Source of the DNA: the human T2T-CHM13v2.0 reference genome, Homo sapiens
NCBI RefSeq assembly: GCF_009914755.1
Contig: NC_060931.1
Length of the DNA stretch: 64,000 nt
Strand: one strand, 5' to 3'
How positions within the stretch are numbered: the first letter of the stretch is position 1; each line of letters opens with the position of its first letter. The position numbers and the translations under genes were made by a program. Below are positions 28,883-43,132 of this stretch, in pieces. The notes under the pieces are model-generated. The model had not been told where the DNA came from, searched no databases, and worked only from the letters and a program-made list of their open reading frames with translations.

Positions 28883-30974
28883 TCAATTACTTTTTAATAT
28901 CAGAGAAAAAATGCAAGTTCTATATGCCGTTACTCGTAATTCACCTTTAGCTGTATACTTAATTTAAAGGAGCATGTATCAAACAGAAATAACCCAGGCA
29001 TATACAAAGAACTGTCATATAGATTGACCTTGACCTCCAATAGCTTATGGTCTAGCAAGGAAGGCTCATGAGTAAAGTGTCCATACAATGTGATAAATGT
29101 AAAGAAGGATTAAGCATGTTAAGAAAAGACCATGAGATCCTTGGAGAAAAAAGGAAGAACTTTATTTTCTTTCTTCTTCTTTTTTTTTTTTTTTTTTTTT
29201 TTGAGAACCCTATTTTCTAAAAGCAGTCTGCAGTTGGAAAGATACAAGCCTTCAGTGCAAACAAAAATGTGGTCCAAAGTGGGGTGGGGCAGGATGAAGA
29301 GTTAGGGATTATTATATAAAGGCAGAGCAAGGAGTGAAAGGGAGGGAAAGGGAAGGGAGGGAGAGAAAGGGAGGGAAGAATAGGATCTTGATTGGATGAC
29401 TTTTAAGCCCCAAATAATTAGTCTTTCTTAATTGGCTGGTTCCAGGTGGTAGGTTTCACCAAGTGGGAGGTTGCCACCAGGTGGTCTGTTGGTGGTCATT
29501 TGGGGAATTTTGAGCTGTAGTCTATCTTGACACTGACAGGAGGAACTGATTTGGCTTGATTGTAGCCAAGAACCCAGAGTAGGTGACTGCTCCCTCACCT
29601 AGTCACGGGTGCCTCATTCTCATGTTTTAACTTTGAGCAGCTCCTTTAGCCACAGGGGGCCCATTTTGTCTGTTGGCCATGGGCATATGTTAGCAAGTAC
29701 AAGATGCCATGACAGCGCATAGGGCATCTTACCCAGCAATTTGGAGGGTATGGTGTGTTAGCAATAGCTTCCCTGAAGCCATGAAAGTTCCTGAAACAAG
29801 AAATATGAACAGAAGTTAGTCTACTGCCGTGGAGGAAAGAGTATACCAGGCATGAGCTTGGCCTGTCTTTGGGCTGCTTCAGTAATGGTGAGTGCAGAGT
29901 GTTGAAGCCTGGAGAGGGAAATTGGTGAATATCAAGGGCAATCTTGGGGAATAAAGTGAGAGCAAAATCGAATGGGAAGGAAGGCTGAGGACACAAAAGG
30001 GAATAGAACACTTTTCCAATAAGTTTGGCTGTGAAGAGGAGCAAAAGATAAGGCAAGAAGAAAAAAGGGGTGTGGTTTGGTAAAGTGCTTGGGGTTATTT
30101 GTGTGTGTGTTTCCAAAGTAAGAAAGATGTGAGCATGACTAAGTGCTGAAGGCAAGAAGCCAGAGCCCTGAGAGCAGGGATATCTGTGGAGCAAGTGCCT
30201 AAGGTGGGAGAGGCTGAGAAACTGAGCAAGATGAAGGCATTAGCTTCGTTCTGTGGGATTTGAAGAAAGAAGGAGGGATGAGCGTGGTAAACAGGGTGAC
30301 AGGAGTTTGATGCATTTCATTTTAAAAGTCACTGAGGAGGCAAGTAGGATGAAGGGTTTGCGAAGTGTGAAGAATGTTTGAAATAGCCATAATGACTGTA
30401 GAAGTATTGAGTAGGAAGGATTGAGTTAGATTGAACAGGAAATGAGCTGGTGTTTTCCATGAAGTTGGGGAATACCTGAATTAGGAGTAAATAAGCAAGA
30501 AAACTGCAAAGGCAGGCAATTGGAATTTGAAAATGGAATGTTTACTTAATGATTTCAAAAGTAGATCAAATTCCAGGTGAAGGTAGAGTTTTGACCTAGC
30601 AATGAGACTGAATGGCTAATTGGGAAAAAGATGTGAAGATATTTGGAATAAAGTCAATGAGCTAAGAAGACAATCAGTTGAATGGAGGACCCGAGTATGA
30701 ACAAAATTCTGTTTGATGGCAAGTCTTGAGAAGAGGAAACCTTCTCATGAAGGCTGAGGTCTTCAGTGACTGACAATGAGGAAGTAGAGGTATGAAGGTG
30801 ACGCTCACGTGGAGAGTGTGCTACAACTGAATGGCATGACCTTACTTACAGATGCAGAATTTTTATAAAATAATGGAAGAAGAATCATTCTGAACCTATT
30901 TGCCTGCATCTATCATCTAGCAGTTGGGTGAAACTTTTTTTTGTATATATTTCTGACCATGTTACTCCTTATAA

Positions 30975-31932
30975 AGGAAAAAATTTTTTTCTCTATTTTT
31001 CTCTCTCACACTCAACACAGAACACTTCTGTGACCAGATGTTTAGGTTTTTTGTTTTTGTTTTCCACTCACCAAGCAATTCTCCAAAAGACACTAATTGC
31101 GTGTCCTATAATCCAATTCAATTTGACACTATTTACCTGGAGACAGTGTCAGGTCCCACAGGTTGAGGGCTCAGTCCCACAAGACTTGCACCCTACTTTA
31201 GACACCAGTCACAAGCAAAAGGCCATCACCTCTACTTCTGACAGACTTGGCTACAAACTGGGGTTCCCATGGCCTCCTCCTTGAATTCAATTAATTTGCT
31301 ACGAGGGTTCACAGAACTCAGGGAAACATTTACTTACATTTGCTGGTTGATCATTAAGGACATTATCCAGGATACAGATGAACAGCTAGATGAAGAGATG
31401 GATAAGGCAAGGTATGTGTGGAGGGCAGAGTGGAGCTTCCGCGCCCTCATTGGGCATGCCACCCTCCCATCACCTCCACATACTGAGCATCCAGAAGCTT
31501 ATCAATTCTAGTTGGAGTTTTCAGAGAGCTTAATCTCCAGCACTCTGCTCCCTTTATCCCGGATGTTAGTAGGTGGGGCTGAAAGTTCTAACCCTCTAAT
31601 CTTCTAACTATTTGGTCTTTCTGGTGACTGGCCCCATTCTGAGGTTATCTAAGAGAGGCTTCACCTTCGGAGCTTGCAGTGAGCCGAGATTGCGCCACTG
31701 CAGTCCGCAGTCCGGCCTGGGCGACAGAGCGAGACTCCGTCTCAAAAAAAAAAAAAAAAAAAAAAAAAGAGAGGCTTCACCTTAAGCCACTTCATTAGCA
31801 TAAGCTCAGGTCTTATAGAAAGGGGTTCATTTTGAAAACAGACATTCCTGTCACTCAGAAAATTCCAAGGGCTTTAGGAGCTCTGTGACAGGAACTGGGG
31901 ACAAAGACAAAATAGATATCCTATGATACCGC
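30975..31932 (-). mobile_element. MER21-like solo LTR, copy 4 (interrupted by AluYb)
   Basis: Same blocks as copies 1-3. Confidence 0.75.
31668..31766 (+). mobile_element. 5'-truncated AluYb8/Yb9-type element
   Basis: CACTGCAGTCCGCAGTCCGGCC carries the Yb 7-nt duplication; pure A run; perfect 17-bp TSD aagagaggcttcacctt (31651-31667 / 31767-31783). Confidence 0.93.
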
Positions 31933-31934
31933 AC

Positions 31935-32435
31935 TCCTCTACTCAAACCGTCCCATGACTTCCCACCTCCCACTGAGTACCCCTAGTATCTTCACCATGG
32001 CCTTCCCTGACTAGCCTGCCCTGTTTTCTGACTTTAGCTCTTGCCACTTTACAACTTGCCTATCCTGCTCCAGCCAGACTGGCTCCCTTGCCATCCCCAA
32101 ACCTGACAAAACTTGTGACCATCTCAAGCCCTTTGCACTTGCTTTCCCTCATGTCTGGAAAGCTCTTCCCCTAGTGGCTCCCTCATCTCCTTCAGATCTC
32201 TGCTTAGCTGTCCCCTTCCTAGTTTCCTCCTGTACCACCTCCACAGGTAGTCCCTACTCTACATCCCTGTTTAAATTTTCTCCATTGCATTCATCACCAC
32301 TGAACTTTACATACATTTACTTTTTTTCCCCGGTTAACCACTCCCAAAGGATGTAAGCTACCAGACAGCAGGATTTTGATCATTCTGCTTATTGCTATAT
32401 CCATAGCAGGCATAAAGACTATTTTTTTGAATGAA
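31935..32435 (+). mobile_element. L2 3' fragment
   Basis: Pyrimidine-rich, ccctttgcacttgct.., atgtaagct.., ends tgaatgaa. Confidence 0.65.
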
Positions 32436-32668
32436 GGCCATGACAATGGCTGTGAGCAGGACTCTGACCCTACGTGCTGTATGTGAGATAACTCAGAGAA
32501 ATGTTTCCATTGAGGGAAGCCATAGGGAGGGAAGAATGTGAGCATGTCAGGGTGTTGTCACCATGCAGGGGCCTTCCAGTGGGCACTCTGGGAGGTGTAG
32601 GTGGACCTGTGGGCATAGGTTGCTGATGGTTGAAGCCTGGAGCAGATGGGACACACAGGCAGAGTGGA

Positions 32669-33372
32669 TGTTAGCAGCGGCTAATCCACACAGGTCTGCA
32701 GCCTTCTCAGAAGAAAGAAGAATTCAATCCAGGGGCATAAAGCAAAGTGAGAGACCCAGGCAAGTTTTAGAGCAGAAGCAAAAATTTATTAAAAGGTTTA
32801 GAGCAGGAACAAAGGGAAGTAAAGTACACTTGCAAGAGGACCAAGCAGGTGACTTGAGAGATCAAGTGCATGGTTTGACCTTTGACTTGGGGTTTATACG
32901 ACGGCATCCTCCTCCCCTGATCGTTCCCTTGGGGTGGGCTGTCCACATGCATAGTGGTCAGCCAGCACCTGGGAGGGGCCGCATGCACAGTACGTTTACT
33001 GAGGTTGCACGCATGCTCACTCGAGGCGTTCGTTCCTTACCAGTGCAGTGCTCCTAGAGGAAGGTGATATAACAGTTAAACTCTGCCATTTTGCCTCTTT
33101 GTGGGCATGGTTGAGTCCACTCACCCACCTCCTGAGATCTTATCGGGAAGCTGCTAATCACCAGTTTCAGGTGTTTCTAGATAATGGGAGACTGCCTTTC
33201 CTTGGTGCCAGCTGTGACCAATTATTATTTTAGAGAAACAGTTTAACAACTGCTTGACCATCACCTGATGGCTGTCCAACCAGACATCTTGGTGGAGCCT
33301 GCCTCTTGGTGGAGGCAGGAGGGTGTGCTCTGTCCTGCCCTGCTCATGTCTGACTAGCTACCTACTGTAACA
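32669..33372 (-). mobile_element. MER50-like ERV1 solo LTR, copy 2
   Basis: TGTTAGC...CTACTGTAACA termini; reverse-complement homologue of 11336-12317. Confidence 0.8.
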
Positions 33373-34439
33373 GGAGGAACTTGCTTTTAAGAAAGTCTCC
33401 AAGAATAAAGACAGGGATGGGAAGTATGGTAAAATTTTCTGGCTTTCCAAAAGATATATTCCTAACAGGCTGCCTGGATAGATTGTACTTCTCAAGGAAT
33501 TCACATGAGAAACAGAAACAGACATGAGTGTGGGAAGAACACAAGATTTTTGGAAGGATTTGCCCATCTTGTGGTTGCATGTGTTACCAAGGGCTCCCTG
33601 GCCTAGAAGTAGGAAGGCAGGCAGACAGCAGGTGGATGGTTCGAGATTGGATAGTACCAGGGTGCCTTATGAAGTGTTTTCCACAGCAGCAGCTCCAAGG
33701 GTTGAGGGGTTGGCCCTGGAGTTATGTCAGGTCCAGCCAGGCCTCCTGTTTTTTTTTTCCCACCTCAAATGTGCTTTCCCCGTATTTTCCTGCTTCTACA
33801 CCTCGGCTCACCTACACTGTTCTGTCTGGAATTCCCTTCCCCTCCCACCCTACAGCTATTCACATTTTGGGCATCCTTCAAGATCCAATTCAAGCTCAAG
33901 CTCCCTGACAAAGTTTTCCCTCACAGCCCCAGCCTGGAGGGATTGCTCCTTGCCTTAAACTCCCATTACAGTTATTGACTGGAGAATTCATTTTGCAATT
34001 AATCACCTACTGCCTTGTGACATCTCTTCAATTATGGCTTCAATTGAACTTTTATTTATGGTTTCTGGGTTGTATAACTTCTCCTGTGATGATGGTTTGT
34101 CATCTCTCCAGCTTCCCTGTGGGCTTCTTGAAGCCAGGAGCACCTTTTGCTTGTCTTTGGAGCCCCCATCACTCCACACAGCTCCTTACACAGGAAGATA
34201 TACAGATTATATAAGCTGATACACTTTATTAATCATTAATATTCCATGCTGACACCTAACTGATAATCCTGTTTACTTTCAAATGATTATTTAACATGCG
34301 AGTATTGTAATAATATTTCTTCCCACTACAAACATGTTGTGTACTCTCCCTTTTCCATCACAGATGTTTCTGAGGACTAATGCTGTTCAGTTCTCTTGTC
34401 AATTTGATCTTAATTTTTCAGCAGAGATGGGAGAGCTTG

Positions 34440-34680
34440 GTAATAAGCGAACAGCTCTGGAAACAGGTGTCCTGGTTGGAGTCTTAGCTCTGCCATTTGC
34501 TAGAAGGATGAGCCTGGGCAAGTCATTTAACTTTTCCATACCTCAGTTTCTTCATCTGCAAGATGTGGATTATAACAGGCTTTTCACTGATCTATTTTGG
34601 GGGTTAAACAAATTACACCATGTGACATTCTTAGGTCAGCATCTGGTGAATGGTGAAGCCCTTGATAACTTGCTAGCTGT
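34440..34680 (+). mobile_element. MIR
   Basis: ctgggcaagtcatttaac...cctcagtttcttcatctgcaagatg core. Confidence 0.75.
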
Positions 34681-35409
34681 TATTTCTGTGTGACTGGAAA
34701 TTTCCAAATTTAAAGTATGAGATTCACATGTCTTTCCACTCTTCTTTTATCACTAAAGAACAGAGAGCAGGCAGTGAAGCTGCCTCTCTACCTCAGAACA
34801 CCAGGCTGCAGTCTAAACTCTGCCACTTAGTTTGTGTTATTTTAGGCAAGATACTCAACCTCTTTGGGGTGCTGTGAAGATCAGAGAGTAAACATCTGTG
34901 AAAGTACTTTGTAAACAGCATACTTGCTTACCCAAAGCAAGGAGCTGTGGGTGAGAACAGGAAATACATTTAACTGGTTCAGTTTTGAAAATCTTACCCT
35001 TAGAAAATTCGCTTTAGGAAAAGAGTAACTCTTTGTCTCTCTTTGGTTGAATTACCCTAATTATCTTATGCGGCCTTCATATTTCTTTTCTTTTTTATGT
35101 TTTTTCGTTGTTGAGGGTTTTCTTGTTGTTGTTGTTGTTGTTGTTAAAAAAAAAAACTATTGGTGCTGTGGGAAGTCTTTCTGAGCCTATGATATGCTTC
35201 CTTTTCTCATCTGTAAATCTGGTTGGTCTACTAAACAAACAGCCGCATTCACCAAAGTCAGACACATCCTTCATGATTTAAAATCTGTGGCTGTGCTTTG
35301 ACAAAGGAGCTCTGTAGGGAATGGTAATGCGATTAGGATGGTAACTGGCTGGAGGAGCAGGAACATGCCAACCAAACAACTCTCTTTGCAGGGTTCCTTG
35401 GAGACAAGT

Positions 35410-35640
35410 GTCAGAGGCAGGTTAAGAGCAAGGTTTCTGGCACCAGGCACTTGGGTTCAAATCCCCACTCCCTACCATTTATTTTCTGGGTAATCTTGCA
35501 AATTATTAAAACTCTGAGTGCCTCTATTTTCACATCTGTGAAATAAGAACAACTATAACACCTAACTTTTAGAGCTAATGGGGGATTAAATCAGTCAATA
35601 CATGTAAAGTGCTTATATATAACACAGTAAGTGCTAAGTA
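35410..35640 (+). mobile_element. MIR
   Basis: gggttcaaatccc...catctgtgaaat...catgtaaagtgctta. Confidence 0.75.
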
Positions 35641-36351
35641 TTTGTAATTAACATACACATAGTCACTGGCAGCAAAGGCATGTCTTTTTGTACTAAATGA
35701 GCCTTCCCAAATGTCAGTGCATCCTGAGAAGCTGTGCTATGACAAATAGAGGATTCATTTTGTTTAGTCTGGAGGTTTAAAAATAATACATGCCTAATAG
35801 GTTTCTCTTCCTCTTTCCCCTTTTCCTCAAGGCCACAGCCAAGGTTAGGAAAGGTGGATCTGGAACATACTGATTAGCTTGAAAAAGATAAGAGAGTGAG
35901 TGAGCTCCAACACTGGTTGAGCCTGTCATCTAGGTCTTCCTAGGGCAGGAGTCATTCCCAATGAATTTGCTCCCTGGCTTATTTTGTCCAGCTGATAGAG
36001 AGAGGAAAAGAAAAAGGATGATGATGAAGAGGAGGGAAGAGAGAGAAAAATAAAGAGAATTGGTTTAGAGAATCTGGGCCTCTCTCTGGAGTAGGAGCCA
36101 ACCCTTGGCCCCATCGTTCCTCTTCCACCTCTTAGAAGGGAATGTGGTAGCCAGAGAGATGCCTGGACCTTCTGCAAAGTATAACTTGCCCTCAAGTTTG
36201 AACTACCTTGTCTCATGAGTTGCATGAAAGGAAGAGAACCCATAGAATGAAAGCTCAATAAGAATCAGGCAGATTGGGCCTTCTCTTAGGAAAAGAAGGC
36301 CAGCCCCTCACTCCTTCTTACCTTTCTGACCTTATAAAAGAAAATGCATTC

Positions 36352-36638
<287 letters not shown>

Positions 36639-37601
36639 AAAAGAAAATGCATTCCAAGAACCCAAGGGAGGGATCCTCAGAACTGCAGAGCACTGCAGAA
36701 GTTTGTGGGCGGGGGGGAGCCATGGACATTGTTGTTTAGTTTAGCACTTCTCAAACTTTGCTGTGTGTCGAATCACCTGGAAATTTTGTTAAAACACATG
36801 GGTGGGGCTGAGATTCTGCATTTCTAACAAGCTCCCAAGTGACCCCATCTCTGCTGGACTGAGGAGTTCAATTTGAGTACAGTCTTCTAGATGAATGGTG
36901 TCCTAGAGCTGCATGATATAATAGTTTCCTGCCAACCTACTACCTCCTTGATAATGTGGCCCATCTGTGTACACTTAAACCTGGCCACTTGCGTCTTGGA
37001 TACAGAGTGACAAGAAATGCCCTAGTCCTTGATTCTGATCCCGAACTTTGAAAGAAAGAAGAAGGAACAAAGAGTACAAAGGTTCTTATCTTGGCCAACC
37101 AGTTATGTGAGTGATTTTTTTCCATTCCATTCACAAGCTAGAATTGGCTGAAGGAAGCCTAATATGATTATCACAGCTTGGTGACATTTTATGAACTCTT
37201 GTCTTACGCCTTAAATTCGAGGATGTGAAATAAGATTATTTGTCATCTTCCTGATGACACGAGAACTCCAAATGACATCTTTAAAAATCTTATCCTTATG
37301 ACTACCCAAATCTTATTAGTCTTTCAGTTTAGCTATCATGAATTGCACAACTTCTATATATCAGCGCTTTACATACACACTTTTATTTAATTTTTCCCCT
37401 CAAATATTTCAAGATAGACATCATCACTTCAATGTTACAGATAAAGGAATTGAGGCTCAAAGAGATCACATAGTTTGCCCCAGGTTACCTGGCTGAGGCA
37501 GGATAGGAAGCTAGGTGTGTCTTACTTCATTTCCTTTCTCTTTTCACTACCTGTCTCAGAGATAACAGGATAATTATTTTAAAATTAAGAAGAATTATTC
37601 A

Positions 37602-37897
<296 letters not shown>

Positions 37898-38382
37898 TTA
37901 GAAACAATTTAAATCTCACAGTTGTTTGATATCCACTGACTTCCTTGATATGAATTTACTGCAAAGCTATTGAAGCTTAAGTTTCAAGGACCATTCACTC
38001 GCAAAAGTGCCTTCTAAGCCTCTGTATCTATTTTTATTCATAATTTTGTATCCTTTGTTTGGAAAAAGTGCCCCCCAACCTTAAAAACTTTGGTCTCCAC
38101 AGAATTTGGGTCTGGATGCTGTCAGATGCATAAATCCTCTTTTACAACATTCCCAGTAAGTCATAGTTGAGGCTGTGCTTGAATGCCTCTGATTCAGACG
38201 AGTTCACCGCCTCAAGGGAGTTTGTTTCATTTCAGATCATTCTCATTCTTTAGGATTTATGCATTTAAATTATTTATCCTTTTACCAACATTTCTCCAAC
38301 CCAGAAGTTCTTTTTATATTGTGCCAAAATCTACCTCCTGCCAACATCCATTTATTGATCTTAGTTCAGTCCTCTGAAACTA

Positions 38383-39113
38383 CAGTAAGTCCTTACTTAA
38401 CATCATCAATAGGTTCTTGGAAACTGTGACTTTAAGAGAAACAACAAACCAATTTTACCATAGGCTAATTCATATAAACAAGTGTTAAGTTTCCATGGCA
38501 TATTTCTGGTCACAAAAACATTGCCAAACTTAAATAAAGACCCCAAACAGGCGAGGCATGGTGGCTCACACCTGTCATCCCAGCACTTTGGGAGGCTGGG
38601 GCTGGAGGATCACCTAAACCCTGGAGTTCCAGCCTACAATGCCATGATCGTGCCACTGCACTCCAGCCTGGGGTCAGAGCAAGACCAGACACTTCTAGTA
38701 TTAAACATTGAAATAAATGTGAGCTACATATACATTTAAGAAAGATTAATAAAACAATGTAATGTTTACCTGCTTATTTTAGTTCAGGGTCAAAGGTGGT
38801 TGGAGCTTATCCCCAAAGCTCAGAGCCAAGGTGGGAACTAACCTTGGACAGGATGCCTTCCTGTGGCAGAGTGCACTCACACACACACACACTCACTCAC
38901 TCACACCAAGACCATGTAGATATGACGATTCACCTAACGGGCACAATTTTGGGATGTGGGAGGAAAACCAGAGGACTGCAGAAAACCCATACAGTCATGG
39001 GGAGCACGTGCAGACTCCACACAGAGTGGCCTTGCTGGGAATTCATTTCTTTTTCTCATCAGTGTTACAATAAAACGATGTTGAATGAAACAGCGTTATT
39101 TGAGGATCTACTG
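38383..39113. mobile_element. MER82-like TcMar-Tigger element containing a deleted Alu (~38549-38685)
   Basis: TA|CAGTAAGTCCT...AGGATCTACTG|TA inverted termini with TA duplication. Confidence 0.85.
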
Positions 39114-41484
39114 TACCTAAAGTAAACCTAATCCCTCTTCATGAATAGGCCTGAAATATTTGAAGACTGTTACAGTACCCTTTCCAAAATCATCCACCAT
39201 CCTTAAAACCATTCTCGTCTCTTGCCATCCTGGCCCATCTTTTCTTCCAGTTGTTGCTGTCCTTCTTAAAAAACATTCTGGATTTGGCTTGACTAACAGA
39301 GAACAAAGCAACCCTACTGCTATACTAATTTGTTGAAGACTTTGCATTCATCACTATGGAAATGTATTACTGATATTATATTTGACTCCGTGTTGCAACT
39401 TGCCCAATTACATGGTACCCTGATTTTGTTTCCACCCCAGCCTTCACAGTCCTGAGAAACACTTCCTACTTTTCTTTTGGTTATGTTGTTCACATTCACA
39501 TGATCTGTCAGGAGTTGGCCAAAGATTTGGCAGGACTTAACAAGAAGGCTTCTTGGCATATTCCAGACACATTATCTGAGAAGACAGCACACCTACAAGT
39601 GTCCTCGCACAAAACACCACTGTGTCTATGATGCATGACAGACATTAACCCCTTTCATAATCATACTTTAACCCAAATTTTCTCAAACCACTTACCACCT
39701 TTGGAAAAAAATATTTGTGGGCAGAGCTCATTGAACAGGATAATTATACGTATTTTTTTCTTTTTTGGTCACATTTGCCATTTATGTCCTTTTCTACACG
39801 GAGTTCTCTCAACCTTTTGCCTTCTGTTTTTGTTTTTTTCCCAATATTCCATCTGTTTTGTCTAGGAACTCGTTACCTTCCCTGGTGTGTAGAGATGGAG
39901 AAGCACCCCAACTCCTGTATCATGTTCCTTGAGTGCACAAGCCACACTCAGGTGATACGCCCCTTTGGAGGGAAGCCAACCCATGTATGCCTGCAGTTTT
40001 CAATCTTGCTACTCTCCTTGCCACACTCTTTCTCCTGCATCCCAGCCCTTCTTCTCCTCCTACATTTCTTCTACATTACCTTAAAGAGCCCTTCTCATCT
40101 CCCTAATGCCTTTTCCTTTTGTTAGACAAACTCAAGTCTTTTAGGTCTAGAAGTTAGTAAACTTCAGAGTTCAGATCGTTTTGGAGATAAAAGGAGACTT
40201 CCCCACCCTCTTACATTAAATTTGAACTGCTTTCTGTAAGCTTTATAGTAAATTGCTTTTAAAAAACAAAAATGTATATAGACCCTAAAGTCCAAAAAGG
40301 TTGATGACCCCAGAAGCTATTATTTCCTCACTACATACAGGGGAACAGCAAAATCAAGGTTTAATTTTCATGAAAGATGGTTTAAACACTGTAAACCAGA
40401 AGGAAAGAAATTCAAATTAATTATTAAGTACCTGCCATCGAGATTACCTTATTTAACTTTCTTACTAACTCTATATGGTAGAAATTATTATGAAGATTTT
40501 TACATACTAATGAGGAAACTCTGAGAGGTTAAGTAACTCACTTGAGAACTAAGATGGTAGCCCTTGCTTGCCTGGTTTCAAAGCCAGCTAAGTTTTACCC
40601 TACTTGACCTCACTCACTTTGGAATGGCTATTAGCCAAGCTGCATGAACTCTATTAATGATACTCTAAAAAAATTTGTATTTTCATGGCCCCACAAAAAT
40701 ATGAGTGGGCTTAAAGGGTAGTGGCTTGACAAACCAGAAAACAATCCTGAGTAGTTTAAAATGAATACTTCCCATCTTCTTTATACTTCATTTTTAAACT
40801 TTGAATTCACTTATAGATGAACTTGATATTTGTTCCTCTGAGCCTTGTTTGACTACTGTATTTAAACTAAGAATCTGTTATAAAAAAACAGAGTAGGCTT
40901 TGTACACAACTGTTCTTGTTATTAGAAAGCAGAATTAAACTAAAACCTAAAGAGTAAAATCTCTTGCAATGGCAGATATTCTTAAATATCTAGTTTCCAG
41001 TTGATTCATTTAGTTATTTTAAGGGTGTTGGTATAAATTCTATAAATGTCCCAGGGCAACTTTTGTCTTTTTTGTTTCAAATAATTTCAACTTTTATTTT
41101 AGATTCAGGGGGTTACATGTGTAGGTTGGTTACATGGGTATATTGCATGGTGCTGAGATTTGGGGTATGACTGATCCAAGGGAGACTTTTGAACAGTTTA
41201 GAATAACAAAATTACAGACCCTTGGGTTTTAAATTAACATTCGATTTATTAAAGTCACAGTTTTGTTCCTCAGGCCTTCAAGTCCAATTTTCACACCTTA
41301 TTGGTCAATTTTTAAGTCTATAAGTATTTGAATAAAATAATAATTTTTACCCAATATTTGATTTAATGCTCTATTAATCTCAAAATAAACACAAAAATTT
41401 TAAAAATAATTTCATGTATGTAATTTATTAATTAGTTCAAACTACTTTCCTAAATTTAATACAATTAATTCTTCCAAGCATTTT

Positions 41485-41546
41485 TTGGTTAAACAATTTT
41501 TTTGCCTGTGACACAGCCCTCAGGAGATCCTGAGAACATGTGCCCC
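41485..41546 (-). mobile_element. Mini retro-insertion: 43-nt MER4/MER41-like LTR fragment plus A-rich tail
   Basis: 14-bp TSD cttccaagcatttt (41471-41484 / 41547-41560); TT/AAAA target site on minus strand. Confidence 0.8.
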
Positions 41547-42435
41547 CTTCCAAGCATTTTAAATGCCTGAAATGGCAAAGTCATAGCCCTAACATTCAAA
41601 TGACATTTATGAAATAGCTATCAGTCTTTGGAGCTAGGAAATGCTTTGCTATCTCTGAGAAACTGGCAATTTTTTTCTTTCTGATATGCAATTACACAAC
41701 CAACCATGTTTCTGTACTTGCTGTGGCTGCTAGGAAGCTCAGGGTCAAAATTAAAGCTCAGATGAAACATATACATTGACACTATTGGTCATGTTTGTTT
41801 TCTCTTTTTCATTGGAACTGATTTTCTATTTCAATTTATATTTTACTATTTTATTACCTATGACTCAAGTTCTTTAGAGAAGAAAAATATTATCAATGAA
41901 AATAAATCAGGAAATAGAACCTGAATGTTATTATCACTGGCTGCCCTTGGATAGTTAAGAGAATCCATAACTATCATTAAAAATCAATGCCTGCAGCTGC
42001 TAGGGAGACTATCTGTTAATAATATTGGGAGTGCTTCCTCTGGGATACATTCCTCTAGCCCCCTTCTTAGTGAATTTCATAGTTTATGTTTTAATTCAGG
42101 CCATTCCATTTATTTTCCAAATCTGATAAAAAGAAAAATTGCTGTAATTTTGCTGTGATGGGGTAACTCCATTTTATTTGTGTAGTTCTAATAAAGCTTT
42201 ACAATTCATTGACACAGTAAGTATGTATCAAATGCTTACCATGGGCCAGGCATTCTTCTAGGCATTTAGGATTTACGTGCATATGCCAGGGGCATGGGTG
42301 GGGTTATGGTGGAGGGGTAGGAGGTAGAGGAAGCAGAAAATAATTATCCACTCCTATTATAGTGGATGCTGCCTAAATAGTACAAAAGGTAACATATCCC
42401 TGTGTATATAATATATAAACATGTTTTTGTTTGTT

Positions 42436-42703
42436 TGTTTTGTTTGTTTTTCAGATGGAGTCTCACTCTGTCGCCCAGGCTGGAGTGCAGTGGTGTGATC
42501 TTGGCTCACTGCAACCTCCGCCCCCTAGGTTCAAGCGATTCTCCTGCTTCAGCCTCCTGAGTAGCTGGGGTTACAGGCACACACCACTACACCCAGCTAA
42601 TTTTTGTATTTTTAGTAGAGACGGGGTTTCACCATGTTGGTCAGGCTGGTCTCGAACTCCTGACCTCGTGATCCGCCCACCTCAGCCTCCCAAAGTGCTG
42701 GGA
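42436..42703 (-). mobile_element. AluS, 5'-truncated
   Basis: TSD atataaa(c/t)atgtttt. Confidence 0.92.
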
Positions 42704-42763
42704 TATAAATATGTTTTAATAAACTGTGAAAAGCATTCATTTAGGTTAAGAATAACCTTTCTA

Positions 42764-43132
<369 letters not shown>

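Noticed and set aside
29646-30194. 182-aa minus-strand ORF
   Set aside because: Low-complexity translation of decayed, purine-biased L2-like sequence; no domain
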